Source: a virus (taxonomy: Duplodnaviria; Caudoviricetes). Taken from it: 25,454 nt of DNA. A program made the translations under genes and the position numbers. Under the pieces are notes generated by a model. The model was not told the DNA's origin, searched no databases, and was given only the letters and a program-made list of their open reading frames with translations. This document shows, one piece after another, positions 7,228 through 16,107 of this stretch (position 1 is the stretch's first letter; each line of letters opens with the position of its first letter). Location of the stretch: positions 1-25,454 of the IMG/VR virus record IMGVR_UViG_3300012352_000834. One strand, written 5' to 3'.

Positions 7228-10200
7228 TTACTGCACAATAGCAGAATTGGGGCCAGGTTCCAGAACAACTGCTTGGTTCAAGCTAGTGATAGCCACAAGG
7301 CTATTTTCTTGGGAAATCGCTTCCAGGCTATTGAGCTTCGCCTCGACCGAGATCTTGTTCTTGCTGTCCTCGTCGACTGCGCGGCGCAGGTTCAGGTCAA
7401 CGACCGTCGCGAGACCGTTGGAGGAACCGATGATGCCGAAGGTGCCAGAGGACTGAGCCGCGATCGCCACGCGACCCGCGGCCGAGCCGTTCAGAGGCAG
7501 CGAGGAAGCCGCATCCGCGTCAATGTCGACCTCGGCCGAGGTTTGACCAGTGAGCGGCAGCGATCCGGCGGTGGTCGCCTTGACGATAATGTCGGCGTCG
7601 GCCGAACCCGAGAGTCCCAATGCAGACGCTGCCTGGGCCACAATCCGAACAACGGCTGCGGCTGCACCGCCGAAGCTGATGGTGCCCGAAGTAGCTGCGT
7701 TCGTCCCGGAGCCGGCAGTTACTTGGCCGGTGAGTGCAAGAGAGCCAGAGGTGGCAGCTTTGATCGCCACACGACCCGTCGACGAACCTGCCAGCGGGAT
7801 CGAGGCGGAAGCAGCACCATCGGTGATGTTCTGGCCAGAAGTCGAGCCGGTCAGCCCGATCGATCCAGAAGCGGTCGCCTTGACGATAACGTCGGCGTCG
7901 GCAGAGCCGGTCAGGCCGATCTGGCCGGTGACCGCGCCCCGAGTTGCGTTGGTTCCGGCAGCCGAACCGCTCAGACCGATAGAGCCAGTGGTCTGTGCCG
8001 CCGTCAACTGCTGGCTGCTGGCCTGGCCGGTGATGTTGATCTGACCCGTCGCTGCAGCACGGATCGCGACCCGACCAGACGACTGACCGGTCAGATCAAG
8101 GCTGGAGCTCGAGGTCGCCTGTGCAGGGGTGAGGCCTGCAGATTGACCGGTGAGGTTGATCGAGCCTGACGTGGTGGCCTTGACCACCACGTCGGCGTCG
8201 GCCGATCCGGTCAGAGCAACTTGACCGTTCGCACTTGCCCGAATGGGGTTGGTTCCGACCGAAGCGCCACTGATAGGCAGGGCCCCGGTGGTCGCTGCCT
8301 TGACGATGACATCGGCATCAGCGGCACCAGCGAGGGCGATCGCACCATTGGTCGACGCCTTCGCGATCAGATCAGCGTCAGCCGCGCCGGTCAGCGCGAT
8401 CGAACCCGTCGCTGCAGCTTTGACGATGAGATCGGCATCGGCTGCGCCGGTGAGACCCAGCGTGCCGGTGACTGCGCCAGCCGTGGCGACACGACCGGTC
8501 GAGCTACCAGTCAGAGCGATGGAATCGATCGCCGCGCCAGCCGCGCGCACAACACCATTCGCCCCACCGGTCAGATCGAGGGTGCCAGATGCTGCGGCCT
8601 GAGTGGCCGACGACATCGAGGCGGAACCGGTCAGGTCGATCGCGCCCGAGGTCGCGCCCTGGATCAGAACGTCTGCATCGGCCGAGCCGGTGATCGCAAT
8701 CGAACCCGAAGTTGCCGCTTTGACGATGACGTCGCCGTCAGCTGCGCCGGTCAGCGCGATCGCGCCCGAGGTCGCGGCTCGGTTGAGGACATCACCATCG
8801 GCAGCGCCGGTCAGCGCGATCGCGCCCGAGGTCGCGGCGCGGACCAGGTTGGTTCCGGTGGAAGCGCCGGTGATGTTAAGGGAACCAGAGGTCGCGGCGC
8901 GGACGAGGTTCGTGCCGGTCGCGGCACCGGTCAGCCCGAGAGAGCTCGAGGACTCAGCCTCGATTGGCTGAGTTCCGGAGGAAACGCCGGTGATCGCGAT
9001 CGATCCCGAAGTCGCCGCACGGACGAGGACATCGGCGTCAGCAGAACCGGTGACGTTCAGGGAGCCAGAGGTTGCTGCGCGATTGAGAACGTCACCATCG
9101 GCAGCGCCAGTCAGATCCAGAGAGCCAGAGGTCGCACCGCGGACCAGGGTGGTCGAAGTCGCGGAGCCGGTGAGGTCGATCGCGCCCGAGGTTGCGGCTT
9201 TGACGATGAGGTCCGCATCGGCCGAACCGGTGACGTTCAGAGAGCCAGAAGTTGCAGCCTTGACGATTACATCAGCGTCAGCTGCACCCGTCAGAGCCAG
9301 AGAACCAGAGGTCGCAGCGCGGACGAGGTTTGTGCCGGTCGCGGCACCGGTGATCGCGATCGATCCGGCAGCTGCACCACTGATCGCGACTTCACCACCA
9401 GAGACCGTGCCTTCAGCAGCAGCCGGGAAGTTGATCTGACCAGAGGCTGCACCGAGGATCTCCGGAAGAACCTGGTTCGTGCGAAGGGCAAGTGTGACGG
9501 ACGCGCTGCCGAAAGTGGTATCACCACCGCCCCCGCCGCCGAACGCCACAGGGTCGAACGCCCCACTCGTCCAGTTTGCCCAACCCATCCCGATGACGGC
9601 GTCGTTGTTGTCCGAGCCGAAGGTCGTGATGAAGTTGTTGAGCTGGGCGTTTGTAAAGTTCGCGCCGCTGTCCTGACCGTAGGCCCCGATCGCCACGATG
9701 ATGGATTTGGCGGTGGTTGGTGTAATAGCGGGTGGGTTCGGGAGACTCGTGCCCGTTGTGGTGACCACTGGGACGTCGATCACCGTTGCGTCGACATTCC
9801 GCCAGACCTGAACAGCAACCGCTCGAGCGTCAGTCGAGTCACCGGTTGCTGGGATCACAACCGAGGTGTCAGGGCTGGCCCCAGCAAACTTGTATGCGAC
9901 CTGAAGGTTGACGTCTTGGACAGTTCCGTCGCCATAGAGGTCAGCAAGGACTGTGTATCCCGCTGACACCAGGGTCATCGTGGTCAGGGCAGTGTCGCCC
10001 CGCGCCCAGGCGACAAGGATAAGGTCACCTTCCTGCGGAGCCGTTCCGATCCCGTTCGTAAGAGCCGTCAGAGGAACAGTGAGGCTAGTTCCCGAACCAG
10101 CAGATGAAGCAACTGTGGTGCCGACGAGTGTCGGCCGGTCGAGTGGAGCGACACCAGCGGAGTTGCCGAGAATCTCAAAGGAGCCGTTGACCGCCCCTTG

Positions 10201-10395
10201 GTTGAAGCCGACCCCCGTTCTGGTCGCGGTCGAGCTGCCGGTGATTGTAAACTGACCATCGACTTCGCCGAGGATCAGGTTAGCGTCTTGCTCAGGAAAA
10301 AATTCTTTCTGAGCGATCTGGCCAGCGTTGCCGGGATCGAGCCAGATGGTGTTGCCACCATCGAACGGCGAAAGACCCCGGAACGGCTTAGCCAT
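7228..10395 (-). CDS. 1055-aa repetitive fibre protein: globular beta domain (~aa 88-307) followed by ~34 20-aa Ala/Gly/Thr/Ser repeats
   Basis: Repeat consensus about AATSGSLxLTGxADADVIVK; located in head module; overlaps upstream gene. Confidence 0.75.
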   Translation of the reverse strand: MAKPFRGLSPFDGGNTIWLDPGNAGQIAQKEFFPEQDANLILGEVDGQFTITGSSTATRTGVGFNQGAVNGSFEILGNSAGVAPLDRPTLVGTTVASSAGSGTSLTVPLTALTNGIGTAPQEGDLILVAWARGDTALTTMTLVSAGYTVLADLYGDGTVQDVNLQVAYKFAGASPDTSVVIPATGDSTDARAVAVQVWRNVDATVIDVPVVTTTGTSLPNPPAITPTTAKSIIVAIGAYGQDSGANFTNAQLNNFITTFGSDNNDAVIGMGWANWTSGAFDPVAFGGGGGGDTTFGSASVTLALRTNQVLPEILGAASGQINFPAAAEGTVSGGEVAISGAAAGSIAITGAATGTNLVRAATSGSLALTGAADADVIVKAATSGSLNVTGSADADLIVKAATSGAIDLTGSATSTTLVRGATSGSLDLTGAADGDVLNRAATSGSLNVTGSADADVLVRAATSGSIAITGVSSGTQPIEAESSSSLGLTGAATGTNLVRAATSGSLNITGASTGTNLVRAATSGAIALTGAADGDVLNRAATSGAIALTGAADGDVIVKAATSGSIAITGSADADVLIQGATSGAIDLTGSASMSSATQAAASGTLDLTGGANGVVRAAGAAIDSIALTGSSTGRVATAGAVTGTLGLTGAADADLIVKAAATGSIALTGAADADLIAKASTNGAIALAGAADADVIVKAATTGALPISGASVGTNPIRASANGQVALTGSADADVVVKATTSGSINLTGQSAGLTPAQATSSSSLDLTGQSSGRVAIRAAATGQINITGQASSQQLTAAQTTGSIGLSGSAAGTNATRGAVTGQIGLTGSADADVIVKATASGSIGLTGSTSGQNITDGAASASIPLAGSSTGRVAIKAATSGSLALTGQVTAGSGTNAATSGTISFGGAAAAVVRIVAQAASALGLSGSADADIIVKATTAGSLPLTGQTSAEVDIDADAASSLPLNGSAAGRVAIAAQSSGTFGIIGSSNGLATVVDLNLRRAVDEDSKNKISVEAKLNSLEAISQENSLVAITSLNQAVVLEPGPNSAIVQ
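7398..9456 (-). repeat. Degenerate 60-bp coding tandem repeat (~34 units)
   Basis: Successive 60-nt lines align, e.g. CGCGCCCGAGGTCGCG at 8641, 8761, 8821 and AGAGCCAGAGGT at 7741, 9121. Confidence 0.9.
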
Positions 10396-11218
10396 GGACT
10401 ATCTTCCCGGTCGCGCGCAGCGACGAGGTCGTGGTGCTTCCGCAGATTACCATTGGGAACAGGCAGCTCGAGTTCGGAATTTCAGGCAAGCCAAGACTTG
10501 CCCAGTCTCCGGTAAAACGGGCGTTGGCAAGCGGGAGATACTCTGCCGCACGGTAGCGTGTCGCCGTGAAGCCGAAGTTGCCGGCCGTGCCGGTGCTAAC
10601 CGACAGCGTCACCGTGTTGATGTCCCGGATATACTTGCCGCTGTCCGCAGCCTGGATCAGACCGTTGAGAGGGATGGCACGCCCGACCCGTCGCCCGAAG
10701 GCGAACGTAGTAAGGTTGTTCGTGGTGCCATCATTGAAGGTAACGTTGACGGTGCAGTTTGCGGCCGTCGCCCCAGTATCAGTGTACCACTCGATCCACC
10801 ACTGGACATCCGAATAGTTGGCGTCACCTTTGCGCTCAGCGATGTTATCCGTTGAGAATGCGTTCAAGTCGAGGTTGACGGTCTGGGCAGTGGTGACGAT
10901 GCCCGACAGGCCACCCATGTGGGCAATGCGGTCGTGGATCTCGATTGTCGTACCGGAGTTGCTGGTCACACCTTCAAGCAGGGCCAGATAGCTGGTCGCC
11001 GGTGCGGACTGCTGCGTGAAACTCATACCACCCAAAGTAGTATGGTTACACATTGCAGGTGTGGTTGGGATCAACCCCTGCCCCGGCTGACCCGTTGCCC
11101 GCCAAAGGGAAAACCATTCACCAGCCAGGGTGCTGCCTAGAGCCGCCTTGTCGATGATGATACGCGATGAGTTGTTCCCCATCGCGTTGATCAACTGGTC
11201 AGCCGAGGTAATCGTCAT
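10388..11218 (-). CDS. Putative fibre-associated structural protein (276 aa, beta-rich)
   Basis: Coupled to both neighbours; motifs SLWRATGQPGQG, HDRIAHMGGLSG, STGTAGNFG; Gly/Thr-rich. Confidence 0.6.
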   Translation of the reverse strand: MTITSADQLINAMGNNSSRIIIDKAALGSTLAGEWFSLWRATGQPGQGLIPTTPAMCNHTTLGGMSFTQQSAPATSYLALLEGVTSNSGTTIEIHDRIAHMGGLSGIVTTAQTVNLDLNAFSTDNIAERKGDANYSDVQWWIEWYTDTGATAANCTVNVTFNDGTTNNLTTFAFGRRVGRAIPLNGLIQAADSGKYIRDINTVTLSVSTGTAGNFGFTATRYRAAEYLPLANARFTGDWASLGLPEIPNSSCLFPMVICGSTTTSSLRATGKIVHG

Positions 11219-11385
11219 TCCGTAAGCTCCAGGTAGATGTGGTCGAAGGCACCGTAGATGCCTTCGAGATAGTGTGCGATCGTGCCGTCTTCACTCGTAA
11301 CTACATCAACGACAAGGTACTCGTCCGGAAAGCTCTCTTTGAAAGGAGCGAGGACTGTGACGACGTCACCGATCTCTGGCATCAT
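11215..11385 (-). CDS. Small acidic protein (55-56 aa), SH3-like pattern; missing from ORF track
   Basis: (M)MPEIGDVVTVLAPFKESFPDEYLVVDVVTSEDGTIAHYLEGIYGAFDHIYLELTE; start overlaps upstream TGA, stop overlaps downstream ATG, fills the gap exactly. Confidence 0.8.
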   Translation of the reverse strand: MMPEIGDVVTVLAPFKESFPDEYLVVDVVTSEDGTIAHYLEGIYGAFDHIYLELTE

Positions 11386-11789
11386 GCACCGCCGGCAGTC
11401 AGGGTGAAGGAAGTGATGGAGATCTGCTGGCCCGAGGCGATCGACACGTTGTCGAGAGTCATGTCACCGCCGCCGCCAGTTGCCGTGATCGTGCCCTGGA
11501 TGTGGGTCGTGGCCGAAGCCTTGACGCGGAAGTGGCCAGCGGTGCCAGCGGCGTCAGCCGAAGCATCGGTCCAAGGACCACCAGCGATCGCCTTCGAACC
11601 ACCCGAGGCGGCGGTGAGCCAGTCGGCCGGCAGAGAGATCGTCGCCAGGACGGTGCCAGAATCTGCAGTTGCCGTGGTTGCGGGAACAGCACCGGTGCGG
11701 ATTTCAAGGGTCACGCCGGAAGCACCGATCGTCGTCTCGATTGCGTCGAGCGCGGCGTTGCGGGTGCCGACAGAGAATTGGAAGGCCAT
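11382..11789 (-). CDS. Small beta-sandwich virion fibre subunit (135 aa)
   Basis: Strong RBS GAGGAG; RNAALDAI...LEIRTG..P......GTVLATISL...A.A.GTAGHFR...GGGDMTLDNVSI..GQ.ISITSFTLT is a widespread phage structural family pattern. Confidence 0.7.
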   Translation of the reverse strand: MAFQFSVGTRNAALDAIETTIGASGVTLEIRTGAVPATTATADSGTVLATISLPADWLTAASGGSKAIAGGPWTDASADAAGTAGHFRVKASATTHIQGTITATGGGGDMTLDNVSIASGQQISITSFTLTAGGA

Positions 11790-11848
11790 ATTTGAGTTCT
11801 CCTCAGTTTCGTTTGCCGCGCTTCACGGCTGATGGGGTCAGTTTAACA

Positions 11849-13348
11849 TTACTCTTGGGGTGGTGGCGATGACTTCTTCTTCGGCTTCACCGCGTTACCT
11901 TTTGCGGCTTCACTTCCCTCTGGGGCAAGAGAGCGACCCATCGGGTCGGAGTTGGGCGACACGTCTTCCGCGTTGCCTACATCCACTGCACCGCCATCAG
12001 CGAAGCCAGTACCGCCAAGTTCTGGAGCGTCGTCAGGTCTGATTCGACCGTACATTTCCAAATGATATTCGTCATCGGTGATGATCCCCAAGGAAAGGTC
12101 TTGCTTCAGACGAGTCGAACGGATCAAGAGCTGAGGCTCAAGTTCCAACGACGGGCGCAGTTCCACCGGCTTGAACCGGCAGCTGACGATCGATTGCTCG
12201 TGACCATGCAGGCGAACCAGCATTGTCATCATCTGAGACCAGATCTCGCTGAGGGGCTCGTTGATCTCTTCGGCGTTCATCGAGAAGATGCGCGCTTCGA
12301 CCGACGCGGTGTTCACACCGGATTCCCCGCGGCCGAGGATCGTTGCCACGCTGCGGAGCGCGGCCTGGTTCTGGGCGTTCAGGGTGCCGATGATCGAGTC
12401 GATGTTCAGCGAGTTCGCGGGCTTCGCGTCGTTGAGCATCTTCGTCTCGACCGAGTCGGTGTGGACGAAAGCCTGATCGGGCCGCAGGTTGACGACCGCG
12501 CCGCGGATGTTGCTGAGCTGCTGGTTGACGTACTGGGCCAGCTTCTCGGTGTCTTGCTTCACCGATGCGGGGGCGTTCTTCTTGAGAACCTCCTCCATCA
12601 CGGTGATCTCGAGACGCGGGTAACCGGTCAGCTGCATGATCCGGTAGAGGTCGTTGATGACCTGCTGCCGTGCAGCGACGGTGTTGATCGCCGAGACGAA
12701 GGGGGAGAAGGTGTAGATCGACGTCGGGTCGCGGCGGAAGAAGCTCACGAAGAACGTCGGGATGTTCAGATCGATATAGTCCTGCGAGTTCGCAGGCTTC
12801 TGACGCGGCGTGAAGTTGCCGGGGGTCTTTTCGAACCACTCGACCGTGGCCATGTCGACATGGCGGATCTCGGTCGGCATCAGCGTCTTGTCGAGGACCA
12901 GTTCCTCGCCGATCGACCCGCGCAGCAGCGTCATGTAACGCATGTTCTCGCAGATCTGGCGGATGCCGGGACGCCAGTCGAACTCCTTGGAGTAGTCGAA
13001 GCGTGTGGTCATCGCCATCAGCAGCGAGTTGAGCGTCTTCTGCCCCTCGCGGTCGATCAGACCGTTGACGTCCCGCACGATGAACACCGGATCGGTGTTG
13101 GCCACCGTCAGGAATGCGTTCACCGCCGCCGAAACATCGGGGTCATGGATGAAGAGAGACTTCATCAGCGCGCGGCTGTCGTCACTCGACCGCGTGGTGA
13201 AGATGTCAGTCAGGTGATCCCGATAGGCCGGAAGAGAGAGCGTGTTCTCAGTCGACGTCGGGTTGTAGGTGTTCGTGAAGGAGTTGCCGGCGGGATTGCT
13301 CCGCTTCGGTAGAAGTACCTTCAGAACTGAAGCGAAGTTGGTCGCCAT
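11849..13348 (-). CDS. Portal protein
   Basis: ~499 aa directly after terminase (TGATG overlap), helical, disordered acidic/Pro C-tail. Confidence 0.85.
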   Translation of the reverse strand: MATNFASVLKVLLPKRSNPAGNSFTNTYNPTSTENTLSLPAYRDHLTDIFTTRSSDDSRALMKSLFIHDPDVSAAVNAFLTVANTDPVFIVRDVNGLIDREGQKTLNSLLMAMTTRFDYSKEFDWRPGIRQICENMRYMTLLRGSIGEELVLDKTLMPTEIRHVDMATVEWFEKTPGNFTPRQKPANSQDYIDLNIPTFFVSFFRRDPTSIYTFSPFVSAINTVAARQQVINDLYRIMQLTGYPRLEITVMEEVLKKNAPASVKQDTEKLAQYVNQQLSNIRGAVVNLRPDQAFVHTDSVETKMLNDAKPANSLNIDSIIGTLNAQNQAALRSVATILGRGESGVNTASVEARIFSMNAEEINEPLSEIWSQMMTMLVRLHGHEQSIVSCRFKPVELRPSLELEPQLLIRSTRLKQDLSLGIITDDEYHLEMYGRIRPDDAPELGGTGFADGGAVDVGNAEDVSPNSDPMGRSLAPEGSEAAKGNAVKPKKKSSPPPQE

Positions 13349-15096
13349 CAATAAATCCCGCGGTTGGCTTTCCTGTTTATAGCAAAGAGGCCCTCATTCA
13401 GACCAGACATATTTGCGACTTCTACGTGAAGCGTCGATCTGGGGTCAGAATACTTGCCTTCTTGGTACTCCTTAAGCTTCACACCGCCGATCAGGAAGGC
13501 CAGTGCGTGGAAATAGTGGTCGTTCCCCGACAATTTCACCCAGGTTGCTGGCTTCTCGGGGTTTTCATCCCGAACCATGTCCTTCAGGTGCTCTGAGATC
13601 GTGTTCTTCTGCTGCCCGTAGCCGCTGAAGCGAATGCGGTGCAGACGGACCAGGCGTGCAACTTCGTCGATCAGCGCGGTGCGGTTCGCCTGCGCGTGAA
13701 GGATGAGGTCGGGGTCGAGCTCGTCCTTGATGAGGTTGAGCTCCTTCTGCCCCCGATATTCGATCGGCAGGATGCGGCCCTGGCTCAGTTCCCAGAGGGC
13801 ATCCGCGGTCGGGGTGTAAGGATGGCGGTCGACGCCGCCGCCGATCACGTTGTAGGTGGCCAGGATCTCGCTGACTGCAGCCGGAAGTTCCTCAACCGGG
13901 ATGGTCCGGAACTCGATGACGTGCAGTGCCTCGATCGAGTCACCCTGGCCGAGGACGAGGTGGCAGACCTGTCCCATGTCGATGCCGAGCCAGGTGGGGG
14001 TCGAGCGATCGACATCCGGCTTCGTCATATGGGGGGTGAAGCACATGTTGATGTCGGCATCCGACAGGCGGGCGTTGCCGCCGGTGAATGCCTCACCCAA
14101 CACCGTGTTGTACCAGCCCCGCAGGTAGTCGCGGGATTTGTACTTCAGCAGCTGCGCGATGATATAATCCGGTCCAAGGCGGTCGGTAGAAAACGGACGG
14201 ACCCGATAGCCGCGCGCATGCGTTCTTGATGGGAACTGAGCCACCCACTCTCGATTTTCTTCGCGTCCCAGGTCGAGGGGGGCTCGGCAACGCTCACAGA
14301 TGACCTGTGCATTGACGAGATCCAGGCGTCCGGTATCGATGAGGGATTCGTCGATCTCGTGGAGATGCTCCAGGTCGTCGGGCAGACCTGGTATATCCAC
14401 GAAGGATCGGGAAAATGTGGGCAGATTCCAATGTCCACAGGCGTCACACTTGCATAGGTATTCCCGAGAATCGGACACCATGTAGCCTTGGTCAACGCCG
14501 AAGTTGTTGAAAGTAGGCGTTGAAAACCGCTGATTTATCTTGAAGTCCGAGTTCTGCAGGCGCGAGTTGAAGAGGGCCAGCATCTGCTGGTCCGTCAGAT
14601 CGACTTCGTCGTTGAACACCGCGTCGGCCGAGATCGAAGTGGCATCCCCCTCGGTCGCGCCGGTCACATACATGAAGCTGGTGCCAACCTGGATGAGACC
14701 GCGGCTCCGCGTCGGCTTCTCGCCCGATCGGGTCTCGAGGTTGAAGACCTTCTCTTCCTTGACGAGCGGCAGGATGCGGGTCGTCGACATCCGCTCGAAC
14801 ATCTTCTCGTTCGGCATCGTGAAGATCAGCGTCGTGCCCCGGTTACGGGAGATGAAGGCCAGGGCCTTGCGCGCTTGGATCTCCGACAGCCCAACCTGTG
14901 AGGGCTTGATCACGTCCATGTTCGGATGCAGATCGTCGGCGATCGCCCGTTGGAAGGGATACCGCTTGAAGGAGAACGGCCGGCCGCGAAGGTTGGTGTT
15001 CTGACAGAGCCACTCGCCCATGCTCATTTCGACAGAATCGACCGAGTATCGGTTCTGCAGACGGCCAAGTAGCTCTTTCAGGTGATCATTCATCAT
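13348..15096 (-). CDS. terL: Terminase large subunit, lambda GpA-like ATPase
   Basis: Walker A VIKPSQVGLSE, Walker B AVFNDEVD, coupling motif FSTPT, CxxC...CxxC (CDAC/CERC), nuclease WLGIDMG and C-terminal NDHYFHA. Confidence 0.93.
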   Translation of the reverse strand: MMNDHLKELLGRLQNRYSVDSVEMSMGEWLCQNTNLRGRPFSFKRYPFQRAIADDLHPNMDVIKPSQVGLSEIQARKALAFISRNRGTTLIFTMPNEKMFERMSTTRILPLVKEEKVFNLETRSGEKPTRSRGLIQVGTSFMYVTGATEGDATSISADAVFNDEVDLTDQQMLALFNSRLQNSDFKINQRFSTPTFNNFGVDQGYMVSDSREYLCKCDACGHWNLPTFSRSFVDIPGLPDDLEHLHEIDESLIDTGRLDLVNAQVICERCRAPLDLGREENREWVAQFPSRTHARGYRVRPFSTDRLGPDYIIAQLLKYKSRDYLRGWYNTVLGEAFTGGNARLSDADINMCFTPHMTKPDVDRSTPTWLGIDMGQVCHLVLGQGDSIEALHVIEFRTIPVEELPAAVSEILATYNVIGGGVDRHPYTPTADALWELSQGRILPIEYRGQKELNLIKDELDPDLILHAQANRTALIDEVARLVRLHRIRFSGYGQQKNTISEHLKDMVRDENPEKPATWVKLSGNDHYFHALAFLIGGVKLKEYQEGKYSDPRSTLHVEVANMSGLNEGLFAINRKANRGIY

Positions 15097-15370
15097 AGAC
15101 CGAGTCGAGAACCTGCAGCTTGGTCATCTCGAGGATGCCAGCAACGGTGAAGGTGTCGTAATCGCCGAGCCCCAAGAGGTGTAGACGCCAGCTGCTGATC
15201 TCGTCCTGCAGCTCGGAGATCATCAAGGCCGCGGTCTCGCCCGAAACCACCCGTTCCCGGATGTCATCGAGCGTTTTCAGCACCGACTGCTTCCAAATCT
15301 CATCATCTTTGTCTTCCTCTTCCTTCTTCAGGACTCGGAAGCGATCCATCGACACCAAATTGTCGGTCAT
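15086..15370 (-). CDS. Hypothetical acidic protein (94 aa)
   Basis: GGAG RBS, phage codon usage, overlaps terL start. Confidence 0.75.
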   Translation of the reverse strand: MTDNLVSMDRFRVLKKEEEDKDDEIWKQSVLKTLDDIRERVVSGETAALMISELQDEISSWRLHLLGLGDYDTFTVAGILEMTKLQVLDSVYDE

Positions 15371-15528
15371 ACAGGCTCTCCGGGGGCCGGGACGTTGAAT
15401 TCAACGCACATCCAGGTGTTGTTCGAAGGCAAAATCATCTCTTCTGGACACACTTCTACTGGGATGGCGTCGACTTTAACGACCTCACCAGCGTCCCAGA
15501 GGAAGAGAATGATTGCGAAGAACTTCAT
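15367..15528 (-). CDS. Small protein (53 aa) with hydrophobic N-terminus and two Cys; missing from ORF track
   Basis: MKFFAIILFLWDAGEVVKVDAIPVEVCPEEMILPSNNTWMCVEFNVPAPGEPV; stop overlaps next ATG (ATGA); weak RBS. Confidence 0.55.
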   Translation of the reverse strand: MKFFAIILFLWDAGEVVKVDAIPVEVCPEEMILPSNNTWMCVEFNVPAPGEPV

Positions 15529-15540
15529 GAAACCACAGTA

Positions 15541-15590
15541 AACCGAGGTTGTTCATCGGTTCAAGTGTAATTGACTATAGTATAAGTCTA
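15541..15590. promoter_or_regulatory. Divergent promoter region: IR AACCGA-N9-TCGGTT and GACTATAGTATAAGTC motif
   Basis: AT-rich gap between the leftward packaging operon and rightward replication genes. Confidence 0.55.
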
Positions 15591-15657
15591 CGTTTTTTCT
15601 TGCGGCACCTATTCGCGAGGCCTAAGTATGCTGGTATTGACCATCAACGAGGGCCAA

Positions 15658-16107
15658 ATGGCGATCTTTCCGGACCTAAACGAACAAATCACGGTCGTAG
15701 TCGACCTGATCAAAGCAGAACCTGACCTTCTTGATGATGAAGAATGTCCCTATTCGGCCTCGACGAAGGCTTTTCTTCGGAAGATGGTCGAATCAGACGA
15801 CGTTTCGACGGAAGTACCGCAGGACAAGTGGCGCAAGCTCGAGCGTGAGACCCAGCGGCTCTATGACGAGCTGAAGGACTCCAAGGACAACCTGTCGATC
15901 GAAGATCACGCCGAACGGATGTCGTATTTCCGTACCGCGACCAGTCTTTTGGACAAATTGGTGGGTTTGCAGGAGCGCGCGGTCGGTCTGAAGGCAATTG
16001 GGACGTTCCACCAGACCGTTTTGGACATCATGGAAGACGTTTTGGACCCCGGTCAGCGCACCGAAGTCATGCAAAAGCTCGAGCAAATCGTGAAAGGCGG
16101 TGCCTGA
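15658..16107 (+). CDS. Helical/coiled-coil protein (149 aa); possible terminase small subunit
   Basis: GAGGG RBS before ATG 15658; size and helical content fit TerS and no other TerS candidate of typical size is seen; function is inference. Confidence 0.4.
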   Translation: MAIFPDLNEQITVVVDLIKAEPDLLDDEECPYSASTKAFLRKMVESDDVSTEVPQDKWRKLERETQRLYDELKDSKDNLSIEDHAERMSYFRTATSLLDKLVGLQERAVGLKAIGTFHQTVLDIMEDVLDPGQRTEVMQKLEQIVKGGA

